Assembly: GCF_016903815.1 (NCBI RefSeq)
Contig: NZ_CP069973.1
Origin: Escherichia coli
Lineage (GTDB): Bacteria; Pseudomonadota; Gammaproteobacteria; Enterobacterales; Enterobacteriaceae
DNA length: 64,000 nucleotides
Direction: 5' to 3' (one strand)
Part shown: piece by piece, positions 11,455 to 22,763 of the stretch
Layout: each line of letters starts with the position of its first letter
Position numbering within the stretch: position 1 is the stretch's first letter
The notes under the pieces: generated by a model
What the model saw: only the letters and a program-made list of their open reading frames with translations
What the model was told of the DNA's origin: nothing
Database searches by the model: none
Program-made: the position numbers and the translations under genes

Positions 11455-12507
11455 ATGCAAGCGTCGCAATTTTCAGCCCAGGTTCTGGACTGGTACGATA
11501 AATACGGGCGAAAAACTCTGCCCTGGCAAATTGACAAGACGCCCTACAAAGTATGGCTCTCAGAAGTGATGTTGCAACAAACTCAGGTTGCGACCGTTAT
11601 CCCCTATTTTGAACGCTTTATGGCGCGCTTCCCGACGGTGACCGATCTCGCCAATGCGCCGCTCGACGAAGTTCTCCACTTGTGGACCGGGCTTGGCTAT
11701 TACGCCCGCGCGCGCAATCTGCATAAAGCGGCACAACAAGTGGCGACCTTACACGGCGGTAAATTCCCGGAAACCTTTGAGGAAGTTGCAGCACTGCCGG
11801 GCGTCGGGCGTTCCACCGCAGGCGCGATTCTCTCGCTTTCTCTGGGTAAGCACTTTCCGATTCTCGACGGTAACGTCAAACGGGTGCTGGCGCGCTGCTA
11901 TGCTGTAAGCGGCTGGCCAGGGAAAAAAGAGGTCGAGAATAAATTATGGAGTTTGAGCGAGCAGGTGACGCCCGCGGTTGGCGTGGAACGGTTTAATCAG
12001 GCGATGATGGATTTGGGTGCGATGATTTGTACGCGCTCGAAACCGAAATGTTCGCTCTGTCCGCTACAAAACGGATGTATTGCCGCCGCCAACAATAGCT
12101 GGGCGCTTTATCCGGGCAAAAAACCGAAACAGACGCTGCCGGAGCGCACCGGCTACTTTTTGCTATTACAGCACGAAGATGAAGTATTGCTGGCGCAGCG
12201 TCCGCCGAGCGGATTGTGGGGCGGTTTATACTGTTTCCCGCAGTTTGCCGACGAAGAAAGTTTGCGGCAGTGGCTGGCGCAACGGCAGATTGCTGCCGAT
12301 AACCTGACGCAACTGACCGCGTTTCGGCATACCTTCAGCCATTTCCACTTAGATATTGTGCCTATGTGGCTTCCCGTGTCGTCATTCACCGGCTGCATGG
12401 ATGAAGGCAATGCGCTCTGGTATAACTTAGCGCAACCGCCGTCAGTTGGCCTGGCGGCTCCCGTGGAGCGTTTGTTACAGCAGTTACGCACTGGCGCGCC
12501 GGTTTAG
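11455..12507 (+). CDS. mutY: adenine DNA glycosylase
   Basis: Start at [20 protein letters not shown]; 4-Cys cluster C-x6-C-x2-C-x5-C present. Confidence 0.9.
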   Translation: MQASQFSAQVLDWYDKYGRKTLPWQIDKTPYKVWLSEVMLQQTQVATVIPYFERFMARFPTVTDLANAPLDEVLHLWTGLGYYARARNLHKAAQQVATLHGGKFPETFEEVAALPGVGRSTAGAILSLSLGKHFPILDGNVKRVLARCYAVSGWPGKKEVENKLWSLSEQVTPAVGVERFNQAMMDLGAMICTRSKPKCSLCPLQNGCIAAANNSWALYPGKKPKQTLPERTGYFLLLQHEDEVLLAQRPPSGLWGGLYCFPQFADEESLRQWLAQRQIAADNLTQLTAFRHTFSHFHLDIVPMWLPVSSFTGCMDEGNALWYNLAQPPSVGLAAPVERLLQQLRTGAPV

Positions 12508-12531
12508 CGCGTGAGTCGATAAAGAGGATGA

Positions 12532-12810
<279 letters not shown>

Positions 12811-12847
12811 AAACAGTGCCGGAGCACGCCTCCGGCAACTTGCATAA

Positions 12848-13954
<1,107 letters not shown>

Positions 13955-14155
13955 TTCCATTAACCGCCCCTGACGATGCTCAGGGGCAAAAATGTTATCC
14001 ACATCACAATTTCGTTTTGCAAATTGGGAATGTTTGCAATTATTTGCCACAGGTAACAAAAAACCAGTCCGCGAAGTTGATAGAATCGCATCATCTCGCA
14101 CGGTCAAATGTGCTTTTTCAAACACTCATCCGCATCACGATGTGAGGAAATTAAC

Positions 14156-15412
14156 ATGAATCTTAAGCTGCAGCTGAAAATCCTCTCTTTTCTGCAGTTC
14201 TGTCTGTGGGGAAGTTGGCTGACGACCCTCGGCTCCTATATGTTTGTTACCCTGAAGTTTGACGGTGCTTCTATTGGCGCAGTTTATAGCTCACTGGGTA
14301 TCGCAGCGGTCTTTATGCCTGCGCTGCTGGGGATTGTGGCCGACAAATGGTTAAGTGCGAAATGGGTATATGCCATTTGCCACACCATTGGCGCTATCAC
14401 GCTGTTCATGGCGGCACAGGTCACGACACCGGAAGCGATGTTCCTTGTGATATTGATTAACTCGTTTGCTTATATGCCAACGCTTGGGTTAATCAACACC
14501 ATCTCTTACTATCGCCTGCAAAATGCCGGGATGGATATCGTTACTGACTTCCCGCCAATCCGTATCTGGGGCACCATCGGCTTTATCATGGCAATGTGGG
14601 TGGTGAGCCTGTCTGGCTTCGAATTAAGCCACATGCAGCTGTATATTGGCGCAGCACTTTCCGCCATTCTGGTTCTGTTTACCCTGACTCTGCCGCATAT
14701 TCCGGTTGCTAAACAGCAAGCGAATCAGAGCTGGACAACCCTGCTGGGCCTCGATGCATTCGCGCTGTTTAAAAACAAGCGTATGGCAATCTTCTTCATC
14801 TTCTCAATGCTGCTGGGCGCGGAACTGCAGATTACCAACATGTTCGGTAACACCTTCCTGCACAGCTTCGACAAAGATCCGATGTTTGCCAGCAGCTTCA
14901 TCGTGCAGCATGCGTCAATCATCATGTCGATTTCGCAGATCTCTGAAACCCTGTTCATTCTGACCATCCCGTTCTTCTTAAGCCGCTACGGCATTAAGAA
15001 CGTAATGATGATCAGTATCGTGGCGTGGATCCTGCGTTTTGCGCTGTTTGCTTACGGTGACCCGACTCCGTTCGGCACCGTACTGCTGGTTCTGTCGATG
15101 ATTGTTTACGGCTGCGCATTCGACTTCTTCAACATCTCTGGTTCGGTGTTTGTCGAAAAAGAAGTTAGCCCGGCAATTCGCGCCAGTGCGCAGGGGATGT
15201 TCCTGATGATGACTAACGGCTTCGGCTGTATCCTCGGCGGCATCGTGAGCGGTAAAGTGGTTGAGATGTACACCCAAAACGGCATTACCGACTGGCAGAC
15301 CGTATGGCTGATTTTCGCAGGTTACTCCGTGGTTCTGGCCTTCGCATTCATGGCGATGTTCAAATATAAACACGTTCGTGTCCCGACAGGCACACAGACG
15401 GTTAGCCACTAA
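14156..15412 (+). CDS. nupG: nucleoside:H+ symporter
   Basis: Multi-TM ORF starting MNLKLQLKILSFLQF. Confidence 0.9.
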   Translation: MNLKLQLKILSFLQFCLWGSWLTTLGSYMFVTLKFDGASIGAVYSSLGIAAVFMPALLGIVADKWLSAKWVYAICHTIGAITLFMAAQVTTPEAMFLVILINSFAYMPTLGLINTISYYRLQNAGMDIVTDFPPIRIWGTIGFIMAMWVVSLSGFELSHMQLYIGAALSAILVLFTLTLPHIPVAKQQANQSWTTLLGLDAFALFKNKRMAIFFIFSMLLGAELQITNMFGNTFLHSFDKDPMFASSFIVQHASIIMSISQISETLFILTIPFFLSRYGIKNVMMISIVAWILRFALFAYGDPTPFGTVLLVLSMIVYGCAFDFFNISGSVFVEKEVSPAIRASAQGMFLMMTNGFGCILGGIVSGKVVEMYTQNGITDWQTVWLIFAGYSVVLAFAFMAMFKYKHVRVPTGTQTVSH

Positions 15413-15422
15413 TTACGCAAAG

Positions 15423-15457
15423 AAAAACGGGTCGCCAGAAGGTGACCCGTTTTTTTA
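15423..15457. terminator. bidirectional rho-independent terminator between nupG and speC
   Basis: aaaaacgggtcgccagaaggtgacccgttttttt: hairpin flanked by A-run and T-run. Confidence 0.6.
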
Positions 15458-15460
15458 TTC

Positions 15461-17596
15461 TTACTTCAACACATACCCGTACAACCGTTTCATGCCATCT
15501 GCATCGGTTTCGCTATAGACACCTTGCAGCTCCGGCGAAAATCCCGGCAACAAATTCACCCCTTCTTCCAGCGCAAGGAAATAACGTTGAACCGCCCCAC
15601 CCCAGACTTCTCCGGGTACCACGCAAAGCACGCCTGGTGGATAAGGCAACGCCCCTTCTGCCGCAATTCGCCCTTCGGCATCACGAATCCGCACCAACTC
15701 CACTTCACCGCGAATATAAGCGCTATGCGCATCCTGGGGATTCATCACCACTGACGGGAAACTCTGCTGGCGGAACATCGCTTTTTGTAGGTCTTTGACG
15801 TCGAAACTGACATACAAATCGTGCATCTCCTGACACAACTGGCGCAGGGTGTAGTCGCGATAGCGCACCGGATATTTGTTATAAACGCTCGGCAACACCT
15901 CAGCCAGCGGCGAGTCATCCTCAATATGCTGTTCAAACTGCGCCAGCATCGCCACCAGTTGTGCCAGCTTCTCGTGGCTTTCCGCCGGAGTTAATAAGAA
16001 CAGAATGGAGTTGAGATCGCACTTCTCCGGCACAATGCCGTTCTCACGCAGGTAGTGCGCCAGAATCGTCGCCGGAACGCCAAAGTCGCTATATTCGCCG
16101 GTTTCGGCATTGATACCTGGTGTAGTGAGTAACAGCTTGCACGGATCAACAAAATACTGATCCGCGGCATATCCTTCAAAGCCGTGCCACTTCGCCCCCG
16201 GCTCAAAACTGAAAAAACGACGGTCACTGGCTAACACTGATGTCGGATAATCCTGCCACAATTTGCCATCAACAACAGGCGGGATAAACGGGCGGAACAG
16301 CTTACAGCGCGCAAGAATCGCCTTCCGGGCTTCAATCCCCAACGCAACGCACTCCGCCCACAGCCGACGCCCACTCTCCCCTTCATGAATTTTGGCGTTA
16401 ACGTCCAGCGCGGCAAACAGCGGATAGAACGGGCTGGTAGAAGCATGGAGCATAAAGGCATTATTTAACCGCTTATGCGGGCAAAAACGCGCCTGCCCGC
16501 GAATATGGTTATCTTTTTTATGGATCTGCGATGTCTGCGAGAAGCCCGCCTGCTGTTTGTGCACCGACTGGGTCACAAAGATCCCCGGATCGTTTTCGTT
16601 AAGTTCTAACAGCAGCGGCGAGCTATCCGCCATCATCGGGATAAACTGTTCGTAACCGACCCACGCGGAATCAAACAGAATGTAATCACACAGATGCCCA
16701 ACGGTATCGATCACCTGACGGGCGTTATAGACAGTGCCGTCATAGGTTCCCAGCTGAATAATCGCCAGGCGAAACGGGCGCGGCAGGTCGGCTTTTTCTG
16801 GCGCAACGTCGCGAATTTGCTGGCGCAGATACTCTTCATTAAAACAGTGCGCATCAATACCGCCAATGAAACCAAACGGGTTACGTGAAGCTTCCAGATA
16901 GACCGGCGTCGCCCCCGCCTGAATCAGCGCGCCGTGATGATTCGACTTATGGTTGTTACGGTCGAAGAGCACCAGATCGCCACGCGTTAACAGCGCATTC
17001 GTCACCACTTTATTCGCTGCCGATGTGCCGTTCAGTACAAAATAGGTTTTATCGGCATGAAAGACTTTGGCTGCGAATTTCTGCGCATCCTTCGCCGATC
17101 CTTCATGAATAAGCAGATCGCCCAATTTTACGTCAGCGTTACACATATCGGCGCGAAAGATGTTCTCGCCAAAGAAATCGTAAAAATGGCGTCCGGCAGG
17201 ATGCTTTTTAAAGAACGCACCATGTTGATGTCCAGGGCAAGCAAAGGTGCTGTTGCCCATCTCAACGTACTGCGTCAGCGTGTCATAAAACGGTGGCAGC
17301 AAATTCTCTTCATACTGACAGGCTGCGGATTCCAGCTCCAGCCACTGCTGCTCGTTGCCGTTGATTACCGCCGTAACGCCCGCAGGTAATTCAACAGCAT
17401 GTTCGGAATACAAAAACACCGGTAGATGAAAACCGGTGCGCTTAAGCAACGCAAGAATGCCACTGCGACTATCCGCAGCGGTAATGACGACTGCCGCGAC
17501 GTCCGTAAAATCAGTATCTCCCAACGCCACCACGCGGCGATGAGTAGAAAGTCGGGATACCAGTTCACTACTGGCGGCAATATTCATTGATTTCAT
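15461..17596 (-). CDS. speC: constitutive ornithine decarboxylase
   Basis: Start taken at MKSMNIAASSELVSRL (711 aa), PLP-dependent decarboxylase. Confidence 0.95.
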   Translation of the reverse strand: MKSMNIAASSELVSRLSTHRRVVALGDTDFTDVAAVVITAADSRSGILALLKRTGFHLPVFLYSEHAVELPAGVTAVINGNEQQWLELESAACQYEENLLPPFYDTLTQYVEMGNSTFACPGHQHGAFFKKHPAGRHFYDFFGENIFRADMCNADVKLGDLLIHEGSAKDAQKFAAKVFHADKTYFVLNGTSAANKVVTNALLTRGDLVLFDRNNHKSNHHGALIQAGATPVYLEASRNPFGFIGGIDAHCFNEEYLRQQIRDVAPEKADLPRPFRLAIIQLGTYDGTVYNARQVIDTVGHLCDYILFDSAWVGYEQFIPMMADSSPLLLELNENDPGIFVTQSVHKQQAGFSQTSQIHKKDNHIRGQARFCPHKRLNNAFMLHASTSPFYPLFAALDVNAKIHEGESGRRLWAECVALGIEARKAILARCKLFRPFIPPVVDGKLWQDYPTSVLASDRRFFSFEPGAKWHGFEGYAADQYFVDPCKLLLTTPGINAETGEYSDFGVPATILAHYLRENGIVPEKCDLNSILFLLTPAESHEKLAQLVAMLAQFEQHIEDDSPLAEVLPSVYNKYPVRYRDYTLRQLCQEMHDLYVSFDVKDLQKAMFRQQSFPSVVMNPQDAHSAYIRGEVELVRIRDAEGRIAAEGALPYPPGVLCVVPGEVWGGAVQRYFLALEEGVNLLPGFSPELQGVYSETDADGMKRLYGYVLK

Positions 17597-17967
17597 AAGC
17601 GCAAAACCCGTTTCGGGGAAGTAAGAATACCGGACAAGGTGAAAAACCCTGCCCCACGAGATATGGGTCAAACTGGTCACCAGCTCCGACCGCCAGACAT
17701 CAGTAAAAGCAGAAACGCTCTGATTTTACTGTTGTCCTGCAGTGAGCGTGCGTTAACCTCACCGCATGAGCAGAAAAAGGGAGGAGTTTCGCGCGAAACG
17801 GCGATAAGCGAGAGAATGTAAGGAGGTGGCGTGCATCGGGCAAACTCCGTACAGAGAGGAGAAAATTCGCGCAATCATGGCACCTTTCGCCAGAGCGTGC
17901 AAGCCAGGACTTTGCGAACAAACAAGCCATCGAAGGAGCCAAACGGTCATAATAAGAAAATCAGACA

Positions 17968-18696
17968 ATGCAGCTAACAGGAACTCTTGTGGTCATCGGT
18001 CCTTTTATCAACGCAAGTGCAGTATTACTGGGTGGCGTTCTCGGTGCACTCCTTAGTCAACGCTTACCGGAACGTATCCGCGTCTCCATGACATCAATTT
18101 TTGGTCTGGCATCGCTGGGGATTGGTATTTTACTGGTGGTGAAATGCGCCAACCTTCCGGCGATGGTTTTAACAACCTTACTCGGGGCATTAATCGGCGA
18201 AATTTGTCTGCTGGAAAAAGGCGTCAATACCGCGGTCACCAAAGCACAAAATCTGTTTCGCCACTCACGTAAGAAGCCAGCGCATGAATCTTTTATTCAG
18301 AATTATGTCGCGATTATTGTCCTGTTTTGCGCCAGCGGCACCGGGATCTTCGGGGCGATGAACGAAGGGATGACCGGCGATCCGAGTATTTTAATCGCCA
18401 AGTCATTTCTCGATTTCTTTACGGCGATGATCTTCGCCTGCTCGTTGGGTATTGCGGTGTCGGTGATTAGCATTCCATTACTGATCATCCAGTTAACGCT
18501 GGCGTGGGCTGCCGCGCTGATATTACCGCTGACCACACCGTCGATGATGGCAGACTTCAGCGCTGTAGGCGGTTTATTGCTGCTGGCAACCGGATTACGC
18601 ATCTGTGGCATTAAAATGTTCCCGGTGGTCAACATGCTTCCAGCACTCCTTCTGGCAATGCCGCTTTCCGCCGCCTGGACCGCCTGGTTTGCCTGA
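17968..18696 (+). CDS. yqgA: DUF554 inner membrane protein YqgA
   Basis: 242-aa hydrophobic ORF directly upstream of the tRNA-Phe gene. Confidence 0.85.
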   Translation: MQLTGTLVVIGPFINASAVLLGGVLGALLSQRLPERIRVSMTSIFGLASLGIGILLVVKCANLPAMVLTTLLGALIGEICLLEKGVNTAVTKAQNLFRHSRKKPAHESFIQNYVAIIVLFCASGTGIFGAMNEGMTGDPSILIAKSFLDFFTAMIFACSLGIAVSVISIPLLIIQLTLAWAAALILPLTTPSMMADFSAVGGLLLLATGLRICGIKMFPVVNMLPALLLAMPLSAAWTAWFA

Positions 18697-18801
18697 CAAT
18701 GCGTGCAATAGCGGCAAAGTGATGATAGATTGTGCAGTCTGCCCTAAATTGAAGAAATTTGATTGACGAGACGAGGCGAATCAGGTTTAATGCGCCCCGT
18801 T

Positions 18802-18877
18802 GCCCGGATAGCTCAGTCGGTAGAGCAGGGGATTGAAAATCCCCGTGTCCTTGGTTCGATTCCGAGTCCGGGCACCA
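18802..18877 (+). tRNA. pheV: tRNA-Phe (GAA anticodon)
   Basis: 76-nt cloverleaf gcccggatagctcagtcggtagagcaggggattgaaaatccccgtgtccttggttcgattccgagtccgggcacca; position after yqgA. Confidence 0.95.
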
Positions 18878-18888
18878 AATTCATATAA

Positions 18889-18915
18889 ACGGACCTCCAC
18901 GGAGGTCCGTTTTTC
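18889..18915 (+). terminator. tRNA terminator
   Basis: acggacctccacggaggtccgtttttcg hairpin plus T-run. Confidence 0.6.
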
Positions 18916-19074
18916 GTTTCAGAACACCATGATTTAAGTGTTCTTCCTCCAAATCAATTCTACCGAACTCAACCAAATTCTCCCCACATCAACCTCATTG
19001 TGTGGGTATAATTGCGGGTATACCCCAGTTCGACAGAATTTGTACCCTCTTTAACGCATTCAGAAGGCTGAACT

Positions 19075-20337
19075 ATGGCACTGACTGACGCAAAAATCCG
19101 GGCTGCAAAGCCCACTGACAAGGCTTATAAACTTACTGACGGGGCCGGCATGTTCCTGCTGGTTCATCCTAATGGTTCCCGTTACTGGCGTCTCCGTTAT
19201 CGTATTCTGGGTAAGGAGAAGACTCTGGCACTTGGTGTGTATCCAGAAGTTTCTCTCTCCGAAGCTCGTACAAAACGGGATGAGGCCCGAAAACTGATTT
19301 CGGAGGGGGTTGACCCTTGCGAACAGAAAAGAGCTAAAAAAGTTGTCCCTGATTTACAGCTCTCTTTTGAACATATTGCACGACGCTGGCATGCCAGTAA
19401 TAAACAATGGGCACAATCACACAGCGATAAAGTACTCAAAAGCCTCGAGACACACGTTTTCCCCTTTATCGGCAACCGGGATATCACAACACTCAATACC
19501 CCGGACCTGCTTATCCCTGTTCGTGCTGCAGAAGCTAAACAAATTTATGAAATCGCCAGTCGTCTGCAGCAAAGAATATCTGCTGTAATGCGTTATGCCG
19601 TACAGTCTGGCATCATCAGATATAACCCGGCTCTGGATATGGCTGGTGCATTGACCACGGTAAAACGCCAGCATCGCCCTGCTCTGGATCTTTCACGCCT
19701 GCCTGAACTTCTGTCGCGTATTGACGGTTATAAAGGCCAGCCTGTCACCCGACTGGCAGTTATGCTGAATTTACTGGTTTTTATTCGTTCCAGTGAACTC
19801 AGATATGCCCGCTGGTCTGAAATTGATATTGACAATGCCATGTGGACTATTCCAGCCGAACGCGAACCTCTGCCGGGCGTAAAATACTCACACCGGGGCT
19901 CCAAGATGCGAACACCACATCTTGTGCCACTCAGCCAACAGGCTGTAGCCATACTGACAGAACTTCAGACATGGGCAGGTGAAAATGGTCTGATATTTAC
20001 GGGTGCACATGACCCGCGTAAACCAATCAGTGAAAATACTGTAAATAAAGCCCTCAGGGTGATGGGGTATGACACAACCCGGGAAGTCTGTGGCCATGGA
20101 TTCCGGGCGATGGCGTGCAGTGCATTGATTGAATCAGGTTTGTGGTCCCGCGATGCTGTGGAACGTCAGATGAGCCATCAGGAGCGTAATGGTGTACGTG
20201 CTGCGTATATCCATAAAGCAGAACATCTGGAAGAACGTCGACTGATGCTACAGTGGTGGGCAGATTTTCTGGATGCGAACAGAGAACAATGTATCAGCCC
20301 GTTTGAATATGCAAAGATTAACAATCCATTAAAATAG
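19075..20337 (+). CDS. P4-type tyrosine integrase
   Basis: 420-aa ORF, N-terminus MALTDAKIRAAKPTDKAYKLTDGAGMFLLVHPNGSRYWRLRYR typical of P4/CP4 integrases, adjacent to tRNA. Confidence 0.9.
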   Translation: MALTDAKIRAAKPTDKAYKLTDGAGMFLLVHPNGSRYWRLRYRILGKEKTLALGVYPEVSLSEARTKRDEARKLISEGVDPCEQKRAKKVVPDLQLSFEHIARRWHASNKQWAQSHSDKVLKSLETHVFPFIGNRDITTLNTPDLLIPVRAAEAKQIYEIASRLQQRISAVMRYAVQSGIIRYNPALDMAGALTTVKRQHRPALDLSRLPELLSRIDGYKGQPVTRLAVMLNLLVFIRSSELRYARWSEIDIDNAMWTIPAEREPLPGVKYSHRGSKMRTPHLVPLSQQAVAILTELQTWAGENGLIFTGAHDPRKPISENTVNKALRVMGYDTTREVCGHGFRAMACSALIESGLWSRDAVERQMSHQERNGVRAAYIHKAEHLEERRLMLQWWADFLDANREQCISPFEYAKINNPLK

Positions 20338-20433
20338 TAATCATCCCGGGCTGCCAGCCCGGGAATTGTTTTATGAATATTTTTCTTTGTGAGTAACCGG
20401 AAAAAAGATAGCGAAATAAATTACTTTAATGAA

Positions 20434-22038
20434 TTACTCCAGGGTTTCATTAAAGTTCTTTCGTAATACTTTGTAGTCAAACACGTTATGACTGGCATCA
20501 AAAACCACGGATTTCCCCTGCCAGCGGGTAATCACCTCCTCCGGCGTTTTCGGTTGAGCCGGTCTGGTTACGCCCATCCATGCATTAATCAGATAATCAT
20601 TATACGCAGTGGAAAAAACGCTGTTCACCGTCTGGCGATCGACATGCTCTCCCAGTGTCGGGCTGTACCAGATAAACATCGGAACATGATAAGCCTGCTG
20701 ACTGGGTTTTATTCCACCATGAAAATAGGCATGTTCTTTTGTCGGGTCATACTCCAGACCGTGATCTGAAAAATACATGACTGATGCCCGACGCGTTTCC
20801 AGCATGGCGAAAATCTGTCCCAACAAACTGTCGGTATAATGAATGGAATTATCGTAGCAGACTTCTTCTGTATCCAGCGGTTTAAACACGGCTTTATCTC
20901 TGGGCCAGTTACTGCAGACTGGCTCATGACTGCCCGTCAAATGCAGAACAATCAGTTTCCTGCCTCCCGGATTACTGTTCAGTGCTTCAGCCAGGTGTGG
21001 GAGCAGTAACTCATCATAGCCTCTGACATAAATTCTGTTTCTGGCCCGCATGGCGATACTGGCCACAGCCGTTCCGTTCTGTCGGAAAGCGGACTGCGCA
21101 CTGAGCCACCAGGTATCGAACCCCGCCTGATTCGCCATGTTGATAATGTTATCAGGGTAATTACGGATATCATGATGCAGTACACTATCGGCAGATAACG
21201 CCAGTGGAACAGCCAGCGCGGTGTAAGGTGCGCCACTGATTGCCTGAGTGAACAGTTTCAGTCGTGATTTCTGTTTCTGAAGCTCTGGTGTGGTAGGGCG
21301 CGAATACCCGTAAATGGACATGTTATCAGTCCTTGCAGATTCACCAATCACCAGAACAAATACGTCAGTGTTGTTATCCGTAATCACCAGATCGTAGTGA
21401 GGTATGGTATCAGCAATCGTCATTAATCTCTGATGCTCCTTTGCGGCCAGTGCAAAATAGTTCAGATTAAAGAAAGGGGTATATGTGGCAAACCGGGAAG
21501 CGACTATGTAAGGATCAACTTCATTTATTTGATACTGTTTCTTCAACGCAAACTGGAAGGAAGAATATAACGTTACTGTAATTAACAATAAAAATGTAAT
21601 TACCGTGACCTTTTCCGATGGCAATGAGGACGTTTTATTTATTGCTGAACAGAAGAACAATAAAAAGAGGATAATAAATGCGATAACATAAACAACATAC
21701 ATCCTGAACATTCTTATTGCTTCATCAGGATCTGTCTGTAGGATACTGATTGCAAAACCATCATTGAATGTGGTGTCAAATGTACACCATGAATACAGGC
21801 TGATACTGATATCTGCCGCGGTCAGTAATGTGAACGGAAAGGCCAGAATAAAACGCAGCGTAAGCGATTTCATCGCCTTAATAATAAGAATTGCCAGGAT
21901 AAAGAATAACACCCGGTAGATCAGATGTGCTCCTGAGGATACCAGGAGATTAGAAAGAGTAAAGACACCCACAGATAACACGAGGCACTTATCATTGCAA
22001 ATCCGCGGCCAGTGTATGAACGGAAGATTAATTTTCAT
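20434..22038 (-). CDS. sulfatase-family phosphoethanolamine transferase-like inner membrane protein
   Basis: N-terminal multi-TM region plus VLVIGESARTDNMSIYGY motif typical of PEtN transferases; start (MKINLPF) uncertain. Confidence 0.7.
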   Translation of the reverse strand: MKINLPFIHWPRICNDKCLVLSVGVFTLSNLLVSSGAHLIYRVLFFILAILIIKAMKSLTLRFILAFPFTLLTAADISISLYSWCTFDTTFNDGFAISILQTDPDEAIRMFRMYVVYVIAFIILFLLFFCSAINKTSSLPSEKVTVITFLLLITVTLYSSFQFALKKQYQINEVDPYIVASRFATYTPFFNLNYFALAAKEHQRLMTIADTIPHYDLVITDNNTDVFVLVIGESARTDNMSIYGYSRPTTPELQKQKSRLKLFTQAISGAPYTALAVPLALSADSVLHHDIRNYPDNIINMANQAGFDTWWLSAQSAFRQNGTAVASIAMRARNRIYVRGYDELLLPHLAEALNSNPGGRKLIVLHLTGSHEPVCSNWPRDKAVFKPLDTEEVCYDNSIHYTDSLLGQIFAMLETRRASVMYFSDHGLEYDPTKEHAYFHGGIKPSQQAYHVPMFIWYSPTLGEHVDRQTVNSVFSTAYNDYLINAWMGVTRPAQPKTPEEVITRWQGKSVVFDASHNVFDYKVLRKNFNETLE

Positions 22039-22159
22039 AATAATTGTGTAAAAGCGATATTTCTGTCCGGCACTGGTCGCTGAACATGCCGTGACAGGTG
22101 AATTCATTATTTTGAATAATCATAAAGCCGCCACAAATGTAGCGGCGTAAACAGGAGCG

Positions 22160-22444
22160 TCATGATGTTTTCTTTCGTGACAGAAGAGAACGGCACATAC
22201 CGCCCGCAATCATTATCATCAGGAATAACATCCCCAGGCCAACGATTACTCTTAATGCCGGATGAACCCGATCGGCGAGAAAAAATAACTCCATCCCGAA
22301 ACCAATAACAAGCCAGACCAGCGCCATTCCGACGAGCCCTTTTAACAGCAATCTCACGATCCTCTCCTTCTGCGTTCTTAACGAAAATGCCTTACAATAA
22401 CAGCAGCCGGAGAAAGCAACGCTGGCTGCTGAACGGAATGACAT
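22160..22444 (-). CDS. small hydrophobic protein (hypothetical)
   Basis: 94-aa ORF with TM-like stretch LVGMALVWLVIGFGMELFFL; last gene of the WYL cassette string. Confidence 0.35.
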   Translation of the reverse strand: MSFRSAASVAFSGCCYCKAFSLRTQKERIVRLLLKGLVGMALVWLVIGFGMELFFLADRVHPALRVIVGLGMLFLMIMIAGGMCRSLLSRKKTS

Positions 22445-22496
22445 TTTACTGTTTTATGTTCTCTCAGTTTCTATCCTGACGCCGCCATTAATGGCA

Positions 22497-22763
22497 TTAC
22501 AGTTTATTCAGAATAAGGCAGGCGGCCCGGTTTAATGCAATAAACTCCTGCCAGCTGTACTGAGACTGATAATTCAGTAAATACTGGTCTTCAACCCGGC
22601 AAATCTGTGGGCGTTTATCATAAATTGCACACAAATGAGAATCAGTCTGATAGTGACGGCAAATACCGTCACCACGATCCAGACATTGCGTTTCACCCGC
22701 CCTGTTGACATGACGACAACAGGCCCCACACTGGTTACAGGGAAATGGAGGGTGTAATTTCAT
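22497..22763 (-). CDS. YkgJ-family Cys-cluster (zinc/iron-chelating) protein
   Basis: CNQCGACC ... C-x-C motifs in 88-aa ORF; 4-nt overlap with upstream gene. Confidence 0.7.
   Translation of the reverse strand: MKLHPPFPCNQCGACCRHVNRAGETQCLDRGDGICRHYQTDSHLCAIYDKRPQICRVEDQYLLNYQSQYSWQEFIALNRAACLILNKL

Noticed and set aside
15991-17389. Multiple short ORFs on both strands inside speC
   Set aside because: Nested within or antisense to the long, well-conserved speC frame
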